DNA of 63,990 nt, counting the filler, from Craspedostauros australis (lineage: Eukaryota): the NCBI GenBank assembly GCA_030167865.1. It is 14 parts of 14 records of this genome, joined end to end, with 100 filler letters (N's around TTAATTAATTAA, not from the genome) between each part and the next. Parts side by side here need not be neighbours in the genome. Positions count along the whole stretch, not along the records: positions 24,663 to 31,779 come from JALAGF010005313.1; positions 31,880 to 39,426 come from JALAGF010005314.1; 12 more parts are not named here. One strand, written 5' to 3'. Both the position numbers and the translations under genes were made by a program. The number at the start of each line of letters is the position of its first letter. Position 1 is the stretch's first letter. Below are positions 25,537 through 36,824 of this stretch, piece by piece. The notes beneath the pieces are model-generated. The model did not search any database. It worked only from the letters and a program-made list of their open reading frames with translations, and was not told where the DNA came from.

Positions 25537-26630
25537 AGTTGAGATTCAATGAGGGACAGACTATTACCGAACACGGTATCAACCCGATGGGAGAAATTCT
25601 TGTTTTGGCGCGAAATCTTCCAACTTGATCAACCACCAAATCTTTTCTCCTCCTTCCTCTCCTCCATTCACGAATCCATCATGACTCAAACCTGACCGAC
25701 TTGACTCACAACCCACTTGGGAACTATATGCTCTTCAGATCCTCCTTACTACAACATACCTCGATTCCTTCATGCTGATGACTACCACACTACCACCGTG
25801 GTCTCAACATGTGTATCCAACTTGCTTCAACTCAAGCAATGGAATCCGAGGGTCAGCTTCAGCCACAGCCACTGCTTCATGACNNNNNNNNNNNNNNNNN
25901 NNNNNNNNNNNNNNNNNNNNNNNNNNNNNNNNNNNNNNNNNNNNNNNNNNNNNNNNNNNNNNNNNNTGCACTGAATCAAGTGCATCAGTGCAGGGTCTCG
26001 CCAAGTTGTGTGGCATCGTTTCTTCACCCTACTAACACCAATAAGCTAACTCATAATAACCAGACAAGGATTAGCTACAAAGCACTTATCTACTCATCGT
26101 TACAGTAACAACTCTTCAATCAGTACACCTCTCTTGAACTGCATCACACGGCTATCCCGAAGCTGGCAGATNNNNNNNNNNNNNNNNNNNNNNNNNNNNN
26201 NNNNNNNNNNNNNNNNNNNNNGTATCCAACTTGCTTCAACTCAAGCAATGGAATCCGAGGGTCAGCTTCAGCCACAGCCACTGCTTCATGACCGTCACTA
26301 CTGATTGTCATGACCTACACTGCAGTGTAACTACATGTGCGGAGAGCAAAGCACTGTATTGATTGTCTACTCTGTTGCACTGAATCAAGTGCATCAGTGC
26401 AGGGTCTCGCCAAGTTGTGTGGCATCGTTTCTTCACCCTACTAACACCAATAAGCTAACTCATAATAACCAGACAAGGATTAGCTACAAAGCACTTATCT
26501 ACTCATCGTTACAGTAACAACTCTTCAATCAGTACACCTCTCTTGAACTGCATCACACGGCTATCCCGAAGCTGGCAGATCCAAGAGACATCCTCCACCG
26601 ATTCGTGCCGACTGCGCCCGAATCCTAACT
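25537..26630. mobile_element. Family D element (AG..CT ends), copy 1, with internal assembly duplication
   Basis: AGTTGAGATT...AATCCTAACT with 5-bp TSD TGCAC. Confidence 0.85.
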
Positions 26631-26697
26631 TGCACTTACTCTGTAATGGGTGCGTTTCTCCTTTCTCTCGTCTCCCCCGAATGAGTGCCGTGATCAA

Positions 26698-27957
26698 TCA
26701 CGCTCGTCGCGTCAGCTTCATTCCGCGTGAACGAGTCATACATTCTGAGTTCATGGTCGAGATAGCTTGCTGTGTCACCATCTTGTGCAAAGGCTCCAAA
26801 CCATTGCAGACCAGGTCGTAGGCCTCTTGGAAGATGGGGTCGCACTTGACTGGTCAGTTGCAGTTGCGGCTGTTGCTGTTTGCGTTGGCACATCGTCGGC
26901 CGCGGGATTTGTTGCCTGTTGGAAATCCGGGGTGGTGTGATAGTAGAGAACTAATCGTTTGTTAGAATCTACTTCTCTGAACTGTGAGCTCTTCATTGCT
27001 CTCAATCTCAAAGTTCGATCTCCTCCTGAGATCACCATGGGTCCCTCTGTTGGTCTAGCAGGCATTCAACTTGCATTCATTGCAAGTTCATCATGGACAT
27101 GCATGCACCACCGAGTACCCCATGTTCGTGCACAAAAGCACGTTGTCCTCCGCTGATAGTTTCGATGCTTTAGACATCGCCGAGTCGTAGGCATCACACA
27201 GGTCGGTCCATTCAACCAGATCACGGTCTCCCATTCGTTACGGGAACACCTCGGTTGGGAGCTCATTCAGCTCCTCGACCATCACACATCTCCGATCATC
27301 TCCGATCATCTCCGATGTTTCGCCTGTCGTTTCTCCACTTACTTCGCCGATCACTTCACCGGCTTCCTGGAGGTTCCTCATACCAGGTTCGTTCATAGGC
27401 CATCTCACACTTCGTGACATCGGCCTTCCTCCAGTACTCTTTTCTCATTGGTTGCAACATGGGGGCCGTAGTCGCTCGTATCGTGATGTTGGTCACGATT
27501 CCAACATCCCTGCCCCCTGTGACATTCACGTGTGATTGGCATTCCTGCATTGAGGTCACGAACGCCAAGGTACGGTTCGCATTCGGCACGTGTCGTTCTC
27601 CATCATCAGAACACGTGCAGCTCACATTTTTCTGTCACAAAGATCCAAAGGTGGGAGTTGCGGTAATGTAGCATATCATGACATTCGGCTCCTTACTCCT
27701 GGGAGGTGCGGCAATATGGTGTTTCAGAACACCCGATTCCTGACAGTTGCCTTCTTCCCTAGCACGGATGCGCTTGTAGACGTATCCCAGATGTCCCTCC
27801 TTCGATCCCTGCATGGAGGTTGGCATGCAGGACACCAGCTTGACGTCGAAGTTGGAGATTTCGATGAGATCATGTGGATTCAAGTAGCAGATGAGGTACT
27901 TGGCGGAGCTCATGTTCCACATGTTCGAAAGGTGATCCCACAGGTCCGGTAGGAAGC
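26698..27957 (-). pseudogene. Terminal exon of a probable SAM-dependent (DOT1-like) methyltransferase, split by family B element
   Basis: After a CAG acceptor reads GFLPDLW..YLICY..TSMQGSKEGHLGYVYKR; removing 26917-27751 continues in frame to CDPIFQEAYDLV through one TGA (26854-26856); family call from recollection only. Confidence 0.35.
26917..27745. mobile_element. Solo-LTR-like family B, full length (829 bp)
   Basis: TGTTGGAAAT...TTCCTGACA with 6-bp TSD GTTGCC. Confidence 0.9.
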
Positions 27958-28112
27958 CTGTTTGTATTGTTGTTTGTTTTGTTGTCATGAATGATGTGTC
28001 CAGTGAGTGAATGAATGAGTGAGTGAGTGTGACATTACCATGCCATGTGCAGATGATCACATACAGAATCAGCCCGCAAAAGCTGCACGCACATCAACTT
28101 ACCAATGCTGAA

Positions 28113-28341
28113 TGTTGGAAATCCAGGGTGGTGGTGATCGTAGAAAGCTAATCGTTTGTTAGAATCTACTTCTCTGAACTGTGAGCTCTTCATTGCTCTC
28201 AACTTCCAAAGTTTGATCTCCTCCTGAGATCTCCATGGGTCCATCCATTGGTCTAGCATACATTCATCTTGCATTCATCTTGAATTCACCATGGACATGC
28301 ATGCACCACCAAGTTCCCCATGTCCGTGCACTCATCACACT
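28113..28341. mobile_element. Family B variant, 5' part, interrupted by family C
   Basis: TGTTGGAAATCCAGGG..., colinear with 26917 onward. Confidence 0.75.
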
Positions 28342-29120
28342 TGTTGGAATGTGTGTACTCGGATGTGTATGCATCAGTCACACTTGCGTGCCAGCAGGAA
28401 TATTTGTTGGCGCAATCATGACCCAAAATTGATATTAGAGCACTATTGTAACAATCACGAGGGGAGAGCAAAAGCAAAGTACCATGCCGGGATTCAAACC
28501 CGGAACCTCAGATAGAATCACTGGTGCTCTACCGTTGAGCTACAGGCGATGCGATTGCTGAACCGAACACAAGTGAAATTTATAGATAGTGGGGGCTACG
28601 GGAGTAACGTACTTAGCACTATTCGGTTTTGTGCTGATAATTGATGACGTCACAACAATACTACCACAATACCATGAGGACACTACGATACTACAATGTC
28701 AGGATACTGCAATACCAGCGGATACCACAGTATCCACCGCATGTGACATCACATCAAGGCCTTACCTACCAGGTCTACAGAGAATGAAATATGATTTAAA
28801 TTTTCCATCAGATTCGATCAATCATCAGATTCAACAAAACCTGAGAATGGAACAACGACGAGACAACGAGAGAGAGACAACAACATTGACGATCAAGTCA
28901 ACATCAACAAGCAACAAGGAGAGCAATGTGCATAGAGGTGCAAGAGTATTGTACCAGTAATGAGAGCAAGGAAGAGATGGATCAAGAGAGCATCTTGATC
29001 ATCTCATTCTGCACGCTCGCTCATCAACAATCGATAACAGTAACAGTAGCAAGTAACAGAAACACTTACAGCCAAAGAGTGTGACTACTACTGATTCTCC
29101 GTGCGCGGAGCTTTCCAACA
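28342..29120 (+). mobile_element. Solo-LTR-like family C, carrying an inserted tRNA-like cassette
   Basis: TGTTGGAATGTGTGTACTCGG...GCGGAGCTTTCCAACA; about 205 extra bases at 28434-28638 relative to other C copies. Confidence 0.85.
28434..28638 (-). mobile_element. tRNA-derived mobile cassette, copy 1 (tRNA-like core 28480-28549)
   Basis: Reverse complement of 33674-33875; A and B boxes present; flanked by AATTGAT direct repeat. Confidence 0.75.
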
Positions 29121-29260
29121 CTCTCTCTCTCTCTCTCTCTCTCCATGTTATCAGTGCACAATACTCTGTATTCGATACGTACTCAATCATCCTGTCTCAT
29201 ATTGACCTACTGCTTCATGCGGAGTTTTCAATGTCTTGGTTGACCTCCTCCTTTACATAT

Positions 29261-29948
29261 AGTTGAGATTCAATGCGGGACAGACTATTACTGGACATGG
29301 TATCCACCTCTGATGGGAGAAATTCTTGTTTTGGCGCGAAATCTTCCGACTTGACCGACCACCAAATCTTTTTCTCCTCCTCTCTCTCCTCCATTCACGA
29401 ATCCATCATGACTCAAACATGACTGACCTGACTCACATCTCACCTTGGGAACTATATGCTCCTCAGATCCTTTCTCTACAACACACCTCGATTCCATCCA
29501 TGCTAATGACTGCTGCACTATTGCTGTAGTCTTGACACGTGTATCCAACCTGCTTCAACTCAAGCAATGGAATCCGAGAGTGAACTCAAGCCACAGTCAT
29601 TGCTTCATGACCGTCACCATTGAGTGTCATGACCTACACCACAGTGTGTCTATGTGTGTGGAGAGCAAAGAACTGCAATAATTGCTTACCCTCAAGCACT
29701 GAACCAAGTACATCAGTGCAGGGTCCCACCAAGCTGAGCGACATTGTTTCTTCACCCTACTAACACTACAAGCTAACTCATAACAAACAGACAAGGATTA
29801 GCTACAAAGTACTCTTCTACTCATCATTACAGCAATAACTCTTCAACCAGTACACCTCTCTTGAACTGCATTACATGGCTATTTCGAAGCTGGCAGATTC
29901 ACGAGACATCCTCCACTGATCCGCGTCGCCTAAGCCCAAATCTTAACT
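29261..29948. mobile_element. Family D element, copy 2 (688 bp)
   Basis: AGTTGAGATT...AATCTTAACT with 5-bp TSD CATAT. Confidence 0.9.
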
Positions 29949-30073
29949 CATATCCATGATCTCCATGATGCCACAGTAATAGAATCTTTGGATTCTGTTC
30001 TGATGTGGAGTCAGCTGTTGATGTGGGGACACATGACATTATGTCAGTGCTAGCTGTCAGTCCATCCTCCTTC

Positions 30074-30215
30074 ACATTCCATATTCCGTTGATGATGTAG
30101 ATGGGAGGTAAAGGTATTGTCATTTTGGGTATAGTTGTGAAATATTTCGACCTTGGCTTGATGTCACTTGTTTCTGTCGAATGGATAGACAGACCAAATA
30201 TCTGATGCTCTCAGA
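30074..30215 (-). repeat. Diverged repeat shared with 35745-35885
   Basis: Both translate on the minus strand to EHQxFGL...YF.T.P.MT......IING.WN. Confidence 0.45.
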
Positions 30216-31335
30216 TAATGTTGTTCACCCATTGCCTTCCGAAATGGTGAACACATTGGCACGCGTAAATTTGTGATGTGATTCACTCAATCACGCTTCA
30301 TTGATGGCATGAATGTTAGCGCCGTTTGCACAGAGAGTACAAGAGAACAATGGGTGAGTAATGCACATACACCTATGCACATTCCGACACACAAACAACA
30401 CAAAAACAAAGATGCGAAAGACTACTCTTTCCCATTCAGTGCTGAAGGTGATTGTGCACGTCATGTTAGAATAACAAAGATAGCAGTTGGCAAACAATCC
30501 AGATCTATTATGCAGAAAAGCAACATCATGCAGAGTAGAATAGGAGGGTGTGCGTAGAGTATGCAGTGCGCATGATGTTGTGATGGATGTAGAGGAGTAT
30601 GACACAAGGTCACTCAACAAAAACGCGCAGTGCAGGACGGAAAACAAAGCGAGAATCGAACCAGCGCAAAAGGATCGCATGAGCAACGAAAGACTCTCTG
30701 CCGTGTTGTGTGGCGACACGCGATGCAAAACGTAATACAGTGGATTTCATTTTCATCGCACGACGAGCATCCCAAATGCGCTTTCGAGACGGATTGGCAA
30801 ACATGCCTCTGCGACCCAGAAACCGTGAGAATCAGCATCGATCTGAACCAGGTGGGACGAAGATATCAAATGTAAAGTCTGTCCAACCACTCGTGAGCTT
30901 GACGATGTCACTCAACATGGAGCATGCGACGTTGCCATGCACTTAACGACAAGAAGAATCACGTCATCACAGTTTCGACTCGAACTAACGCCCGTAACCA
31001 CTCGTGTCTCAACTTAGGAGGTATGACTGGAAGAGAATGAGACAGGTCACGGACGGACAAGTACTGATCTAGCCTCCTCTTGACATGCCCTGAAACCAGA
31101 TTGAATGACACATCTGGATTCTGACACCAAGACGGATCCTGACGTGTTGCAGTGGCGAGGATTGCAAGCAGAGAGAAAGGATGCAAACAACAGAAACATC
31201 GCATCACTCTCACAACAGCAGCATCCATCACATCGAGCATCAAGCAAGCGCGCGGTTTCGTGGTTGATCATCNAAAACCCGTCCTTCCTTGCTGTGAAAA
31301 TTTTCCTTTCCCCTCCGCCCGTCTCTCTTCCTGCC

Positions 31336-31721
31336 ATGACGGTCTTCGACTTCGGGTCCGTTCGCTCTGCCTCTCGCTCGTCTCCTTCGGGTGGTGGCGG
31401 TGGCTCTGCGGCCCTGGCTGGTGCCCCATTGGGCGCTCCTGCTGGTGGGTTGTTTCCGCCTTCTGCAGTGGCATCTGTTACTGGGGGGTTGGTGATGGCG
31501 ATGCGATGGTGTCGCTGTTGTGGGTTGAATCTGTGGGGTCCATCTGTGGTGGTATCATTGGGGGCTCAGAGGAGAAGGGCGCTGTGCGCTTCTGCACTCG
31601 CTCTCTCTGTCCAACGAAGAGCCATGTTGGGAACAAGGCTCCCCTGTGCGATGGGAGCTTCTACGTCCGCACCATCAAGGCTGACCAGGCACGATTGTGC
31701 CTTATGCCGGCGTACGATTGA
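31336..31721 (+). pseudogene. Frameshifted ORF with Cys/His motif, possibly ORF1 of a tyrosine-recombinase (DIRS/Ngaro-like) retroelement
   Basis: ICGGIIGG......RFCTRSLCPTKSH; possible frameshift at the G run near 31485; assignment from recollection. Confidence 0.25.
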
Positions 31722-31879
31722 AGTTGTTTTTTTTCTACGATTGATTTTGTACTTGATACGATTGAGGTTGTTGTTGATGNNNNNNNNNNNNNNNNNNNNN
31801 NNNNNNNNNNNNNNNNNNNNNNNTTAATTAATTAANNNNNNNNNNNNNNNNNNNNNNNNNNNNNNNNNNNNNNNNNNNN

Positions 31880-32119
31880 ACGCAGTAACACGCACATTTG
31901 TCGTGTTGTCTCCGTGTTATTTTTACTTGCAATTGCATGAGATCATGTCATGCCTCTCTCATGATCACAGTTCCAAGAAGACAATCTTGTGAGCTCGACA
32001 GCATTCCAACTACCATACGAATAATACAGTAAACAAACACTCTCCTCACCAACAACAACGACTTGATCACTCTACGTTCTCGGTGCGGTATCCTTCACAC
32101 CCATCTACGATTACGTTCT
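31880..32119. repeat. Dispersed repeat shared with 35230-35463
   Basis: CGCAGTAACACGCACATTTGTCGTGTTGTCTCCGTGTTAT...GATTACGTTCT in both. Confidence 0.8.
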
Positions 32120-32178
32120 AACATTTCATCAATTCTGCCCACATCCAATCGGCATGGCCAGCCTTGGCAGGACAATGG

Positions 32179-33673
32179 ATGGATGAGGACGTGGAACTGC
32201 CATCCGCAGCAGAAATAGCACTCTTGCTAACCGTTGTGTGCATAGTATTGGCAACAACCGCTTGGGGAATTCACGTGCTCCGCAAGTACATCGCATCGAG
32301 AGCGATCACTACAAAGAGACCCGGTCTGTATCGCAACGAAAGCACTGACTCGAACCAAAGCAGGCCGCTCTCTCGGTTCCTGCGTTCTCGGGGTGCAAGC
32401 CTTGACTTCTTCGGAGTACACAATAGCCGCAGCAGTCAAGTGTTTTCCACTATGCAGGGCTTCAGCACTCTCAACCTGCTTGGAACGGAATCCTCCAAGC
32501 GCCTGCACATGACTAGAACTGTCGGAATGTGTGTACTCGGATGTGTATGCATCAGTCACACTTGCTTGCCGCCATCTAGACTATTCGGTGGCGGAATCAC
32601 GACACAAAACTATGACGTCACAGCAATACCACCGCGATACCACGAGGATACTGCGATACTACGATGACAGGATACCGCGATACCAGCGGATACCACAGTA
32701 TCCATCACACGTGACGTCACATCGAGACCTTAACTACCAGGTCTACAGGAATGAAATATGTTGTGAATATTCCACCAGATTCGATCAATCATCAGGTTCA
32801 ACAAAACCTGAACACGGAACAACGACGAGACAACGAGAGAGAAACGACGACGTTGACGATGAAGTCAACATCAACGAGCAACATGTGAGCAATGTGCATG
32901 GAGGTGCAAGAGGATTGCACCAAGCAATGAGAGCAAGGAAGAGATGGATCAAGAGAGCATCTTGATCATCNNNNNNNNNNNNNNNNNNNNNNNNNNNNNN
33001 NNNNNNNNNNNNNNNNNNNNTATGACGTCACAGCAATACCACCGCGATACCACGAGGATACTGCGATACTACGATGACAGGATACCGCGATACCAGCGGA
33101 TACCACAGTATCCATCACACGTGACGTCACATCGAGACCTTAACTACCAGGTCTACAGGAATGAAATATGTTGTGAATATTCCACCAGATTCGATCAATC
33201 ATCAGGTTCAACAAAACCTGAACACGGAACAACGACGAGACAACGAGAGAGAAACGACGACGTTGACGATGAAGTCAACATCAACGAGCAACATGNNNNN
33301 NNNNNNNNNNNNNNNNNNNNNNNNNNNNNNNNNNNNNNNNNNNNNNNNNNNNNNNNNNNNNNNNNNNNNNNNNNNNNNNNNNNNNNNNNNNNNNNNNNCA
33401 CCAACAATCAATAGCAACAACAGTAACAGTAACAGAAACACTTTCGACAAAGAGTGTGACTACTACCGATTCTCCGTGCGCGGAGCCTTCCAACATAGAA
33501 CAGAGAAGCTTTGGAGCATCAATTCGAATATCCCAAATGAGTTTTTTGTGCCTCACAACGCATGGCGTAGAAACCATGCTAGGATGCATGGACCCCCATG
33601 CATTGTGACACATGTGTTCGGGCCAAAGCACGGGAGCAGATGCGAACACCTCCGAGATTTGGGTTTCCTGTTT
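32179..33673 (+). pseudogene. Single-pass membrane protein of unknown function, disrupted by family C element
   Basis: Hydrophobic stretch IALLLTVVCIVLATTAWGIHVL; removing the insertion and one TSD copy restores the frame (MTR|TEKLWSIN...). Confidence 0.4.
32520..33495 (+). mobile_element. Solo-LTR-like family C (internal assembly duplication and gaps)
   Basis: TGTCGGAATG...CCTTCCAACA with 6-bp TSD TAGAAC. Confidence 0.9.
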
Positions 33674-33875
33674 TATCAGCACAAATCCAAATAGAGCTAA
33701 GTACGATACTCCCGTAGCCCCCACTATGTATAAAGTTCACATGTGTCTGTCTCAGCAACTGCAATGCCTGTAGCTCAACGGTAGAGCACCAGCCATTCTA
33801 GCTGAGGTTCCGGGTTCGAATCCTGGCATGGTACTTTGCTTTTGCACTAACCATGTGATTTTACGATAGTGCTCT
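33674..33875 (+). mobile_element. tRNA-derived mobile cassette, copy 2
   Basis: TATAAA at 33729-33734, tRNA-like core, TTTT at 33840-33843; homologous to 28434-28638. Confidence 0.75.
33764..33833 (+). pseudogene. tRNA-like sequence (not a canonical tRNA)
   Basis: D-arm TAGCTCAACGGTAGAGC and T-arm CCGGGTTCGAATCCTGG intact; acceptor stem mispaired; anticodon loop CATTCTA lacks U33. Confidence 0.7.
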
Positions 33876-33877
33876 TT

Positions 33878-34584
33878 AGTTGAGATTCAATTGGGGACAG
33901 ACTACCACCAAAACATGGTGTCCTCCTCCGATGTCTGAGATTCTCGTTTTGGCGCGAAACCTTCCGACTTGAACGACTACAAAACCTTTTTCTCCCCCTT
34001 TCTCTCTTCCCATTCACGAATCAGTGCTGACTCAATGCCATGACCAACCTGATTCCTCTCTGCCTTGGGAACTATATGCTCCTCAAATCCTTTCTGCTAC
34101 AACATGCCTCGATTCCCTCCATGCCTATGACCACTACATTGTTGTCGTGGTCATGGCACGCATGTCCAACCTACTTCAACTCAAGCAGGGAATCCAAGGG
34201 TGAATTCTAACCCCAGCCACTTCTGCATCGTCATCTCAACCTCAATTGAATGCTGAGCTGTTACAATCTACACTACTATGCAGCAGCGTATGAAGAGGGT
34301 AAGGAGCAAGGATCAATGTCCGCCCTCAAGCACTGAACAAAGTAAATCAGTGCAGGGCCATGTCAGCTGTGTGACACTGTTTCTTCATCCTACCAAGACT
34401 ACTAACAAACTCATAAAATCACAAACCAAGATTAGCACAAAAGCACTACTCTACTCATCGTTACAGTAACACATCTTCTAGCAAGTTCACTCCTCTTGAA
34501 CTGCATTGCATGGTTAACCCGAAACCGGCAGTTCGCGAGGCCTTTCCACCGAATCGTGTCACCAACAGAGCACGAATTCCAACT
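33878..34584. mobile_element. Family D element, copy 3 (707 bp, diverged)
   Basis: AGTTGAGATT...AATTCCAACT with 5-bp TSD TCTTT. Confidence 0.85.
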
Positions 34585-36824
34585 TCTTTCATGTTTCTTT
34601 TTTCTTTGTTTCTCCATCTCTCCTCTTCCTTTCGTTCATTTGCGGTTGTTTTCTGTGCTTATTGTTTCTGTGACCACACATGATCTTCCATGCAGTGTCC
34701 AACTATCTTAAAAACACATCATGGATTGAGCTTACATCTCCACTAACTGAAACCCACCATATTACAGTACATCATTGCAAGTAAGAGGTTCTCATTTGTG
34801 GCTGTTTGCCCCAAGTTCCAATGGCATGATTCTGTCATGACTGGGCATTCATGGATCTAGTATCAGCGCAACGCTATATATCTCTAACAGTAGTGACACC
34901 CGTCGACCAATCAGAAATCTCCACATTTCTTACCTTTTCCGTTCCGAACAGAAATTCTGGTCAAAATTCCGTTGTGTCAATTTTGTGTCGCATTTCGCGT
35001 CGCAAGAACCGTTTTCCCGTCAATCCCAGTTCCAACATGTCGCGGAACCACTCTGTCCAATCAGGACAGACTTGGATCTTGGGTCCGATAAATATGGAAC
35101 CGTCCCCAACCTTCTCGAGTGAATACGATCAATCGTGTGATCGTTCTACTCGCAACATCGTGAAGAGTTGCACCCTACAACACGGCGTATCGCGGTGTTT
35201 GTTTTCTGACTTTTGCAAATCTGAACCCGCGCAGTAACACGCACATTTGTCGTGTTGTCTCCGTGTTATATTCCATCTGCAATCGCATGAGACCTGCAAG
35301 TTGCCTCTCATGCTCACAGTTCCAAGATCTAAATCTTTGGAGCTCGACAGTCTTCATCTACTCATACGAATAACTCAATAGCAAACAATCATCCTCACCA
35401 ACAACTGCGAATTGATCACTCTGCGTTTTTGGTGCAGTACCCTACCCATCTTTGATTACGTTCTGTTATCTCGTAGTTGTACACAGCGAAATCACACGAG
35501 TCCTTCAAGAGAGATCAAGTCTTTCAGGACGCGGGTGACGAGCTGTTGAGTGAAGACACTGTTTGGGTTGAGTGACTTCTGNNNNNNNNNNNNNNNNNNN
35601 NNNNNNNNNNNNNNNNNNNNNNNNNNNNNNNNNNNNNNNNNNNNNNNNNNNNNNNNNNNNNNNNNNNNNNNNNNNNNNNNNNNNNNNNNNNNNNNNNNNN
35701 NNNNNNNNNNNNNNNNNNNNNNNNNNNNNNNNNNCCATGGCTCTGTCGATTCCACATTCCATTGATGATGCTTGAGGTCATCGAGTGTGTTGTCATTTCA
35801 GGTTTAGTTGGGAAGTATATCAGGTCAAATTGGACATCACATGTTTGCCGGGTGGTGGCCAGACCGAATCTCTGATGTTCTTCCTAGTGTGTCCCTTATG
35901 CCGAAAATCAAGTGTCGGAGTAAAGCATCGTTTCAGCACATACCAGGACAGACTAATCAGAAAACGAATCAGGTGAATAAAGCGTTGTGCTAATACGTTC
36001 TAACAGCGAAGTCAGCACCATGGTATCATTGAGTTAGTTTTTGACCAACCTACACAGCTTACGTCACCTAGACTATGTCTTAGACGAGTTTAGCCATGAT
36101 TCCCACCATGGTTTCTGCTGTTGCTATTGGCATGCCCTGTCATATCAACTTATGATAGCATACATCATGCATATATAGCCTGTGTTCAAGTATATTGACA
36201 TGTCGTTGGTGCATGGTCCAAGCTTTTTCCAAATCCGCACGTATCATTCATGATGTGATAACAGACGGTTTTGGAATTAGATTCTGTTGGCATACCCATG
36301 GGCCTGATGATGGACAGACGGTCCGCAAGGTGCTCACACAGGAGGAGGACACAGAGCCATCCGTCTCTTGTCCTCATAATCTCTCCGATCCTCATCCTAC
36401 ACAAAGTATAGCATCATAGCATCTACACTATCACACACAGATACTGGCAGATTCAAACTCCAAGCATGATCTTGCCATGTGACTTTGGCGCGATGCAACT
36501 CATGCGCTAACGTAACGAGTATAGAGACAATTAGGGAGGACTGAATGGCTGTCGAAATTCCCCGTAGTCCCAAAAGTAACGTGCTCCTGTAACGCTCAGG
36601 AGTGATCGATCATGCGCTTGCCACGTTGACGGTGAGGGGAAATTTGTTGTTTCTGTACTCTATTCTGGTTTAGTCCTGTACAATCGGGAATTACTGATGT
36701 CGCCCATTTCGACAAATGTCATCGTGTTTGTTGTGTGTCTGTTTGTCTGTCTGTTTGTGGAATGTCATTCGAACAAAACGAAAAACGAAAATCGAAAATC
36801 GAAGTCATGCCAGTCTATTTTTAC

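Noticed and set aside
33764..33833. Functional tRNA-Glu(TTC) gene
   Set aside because: The acceptor stem does not pair, U33 is absent, the two copies differ in the anticodon arm, and it sits in a mobile cassette
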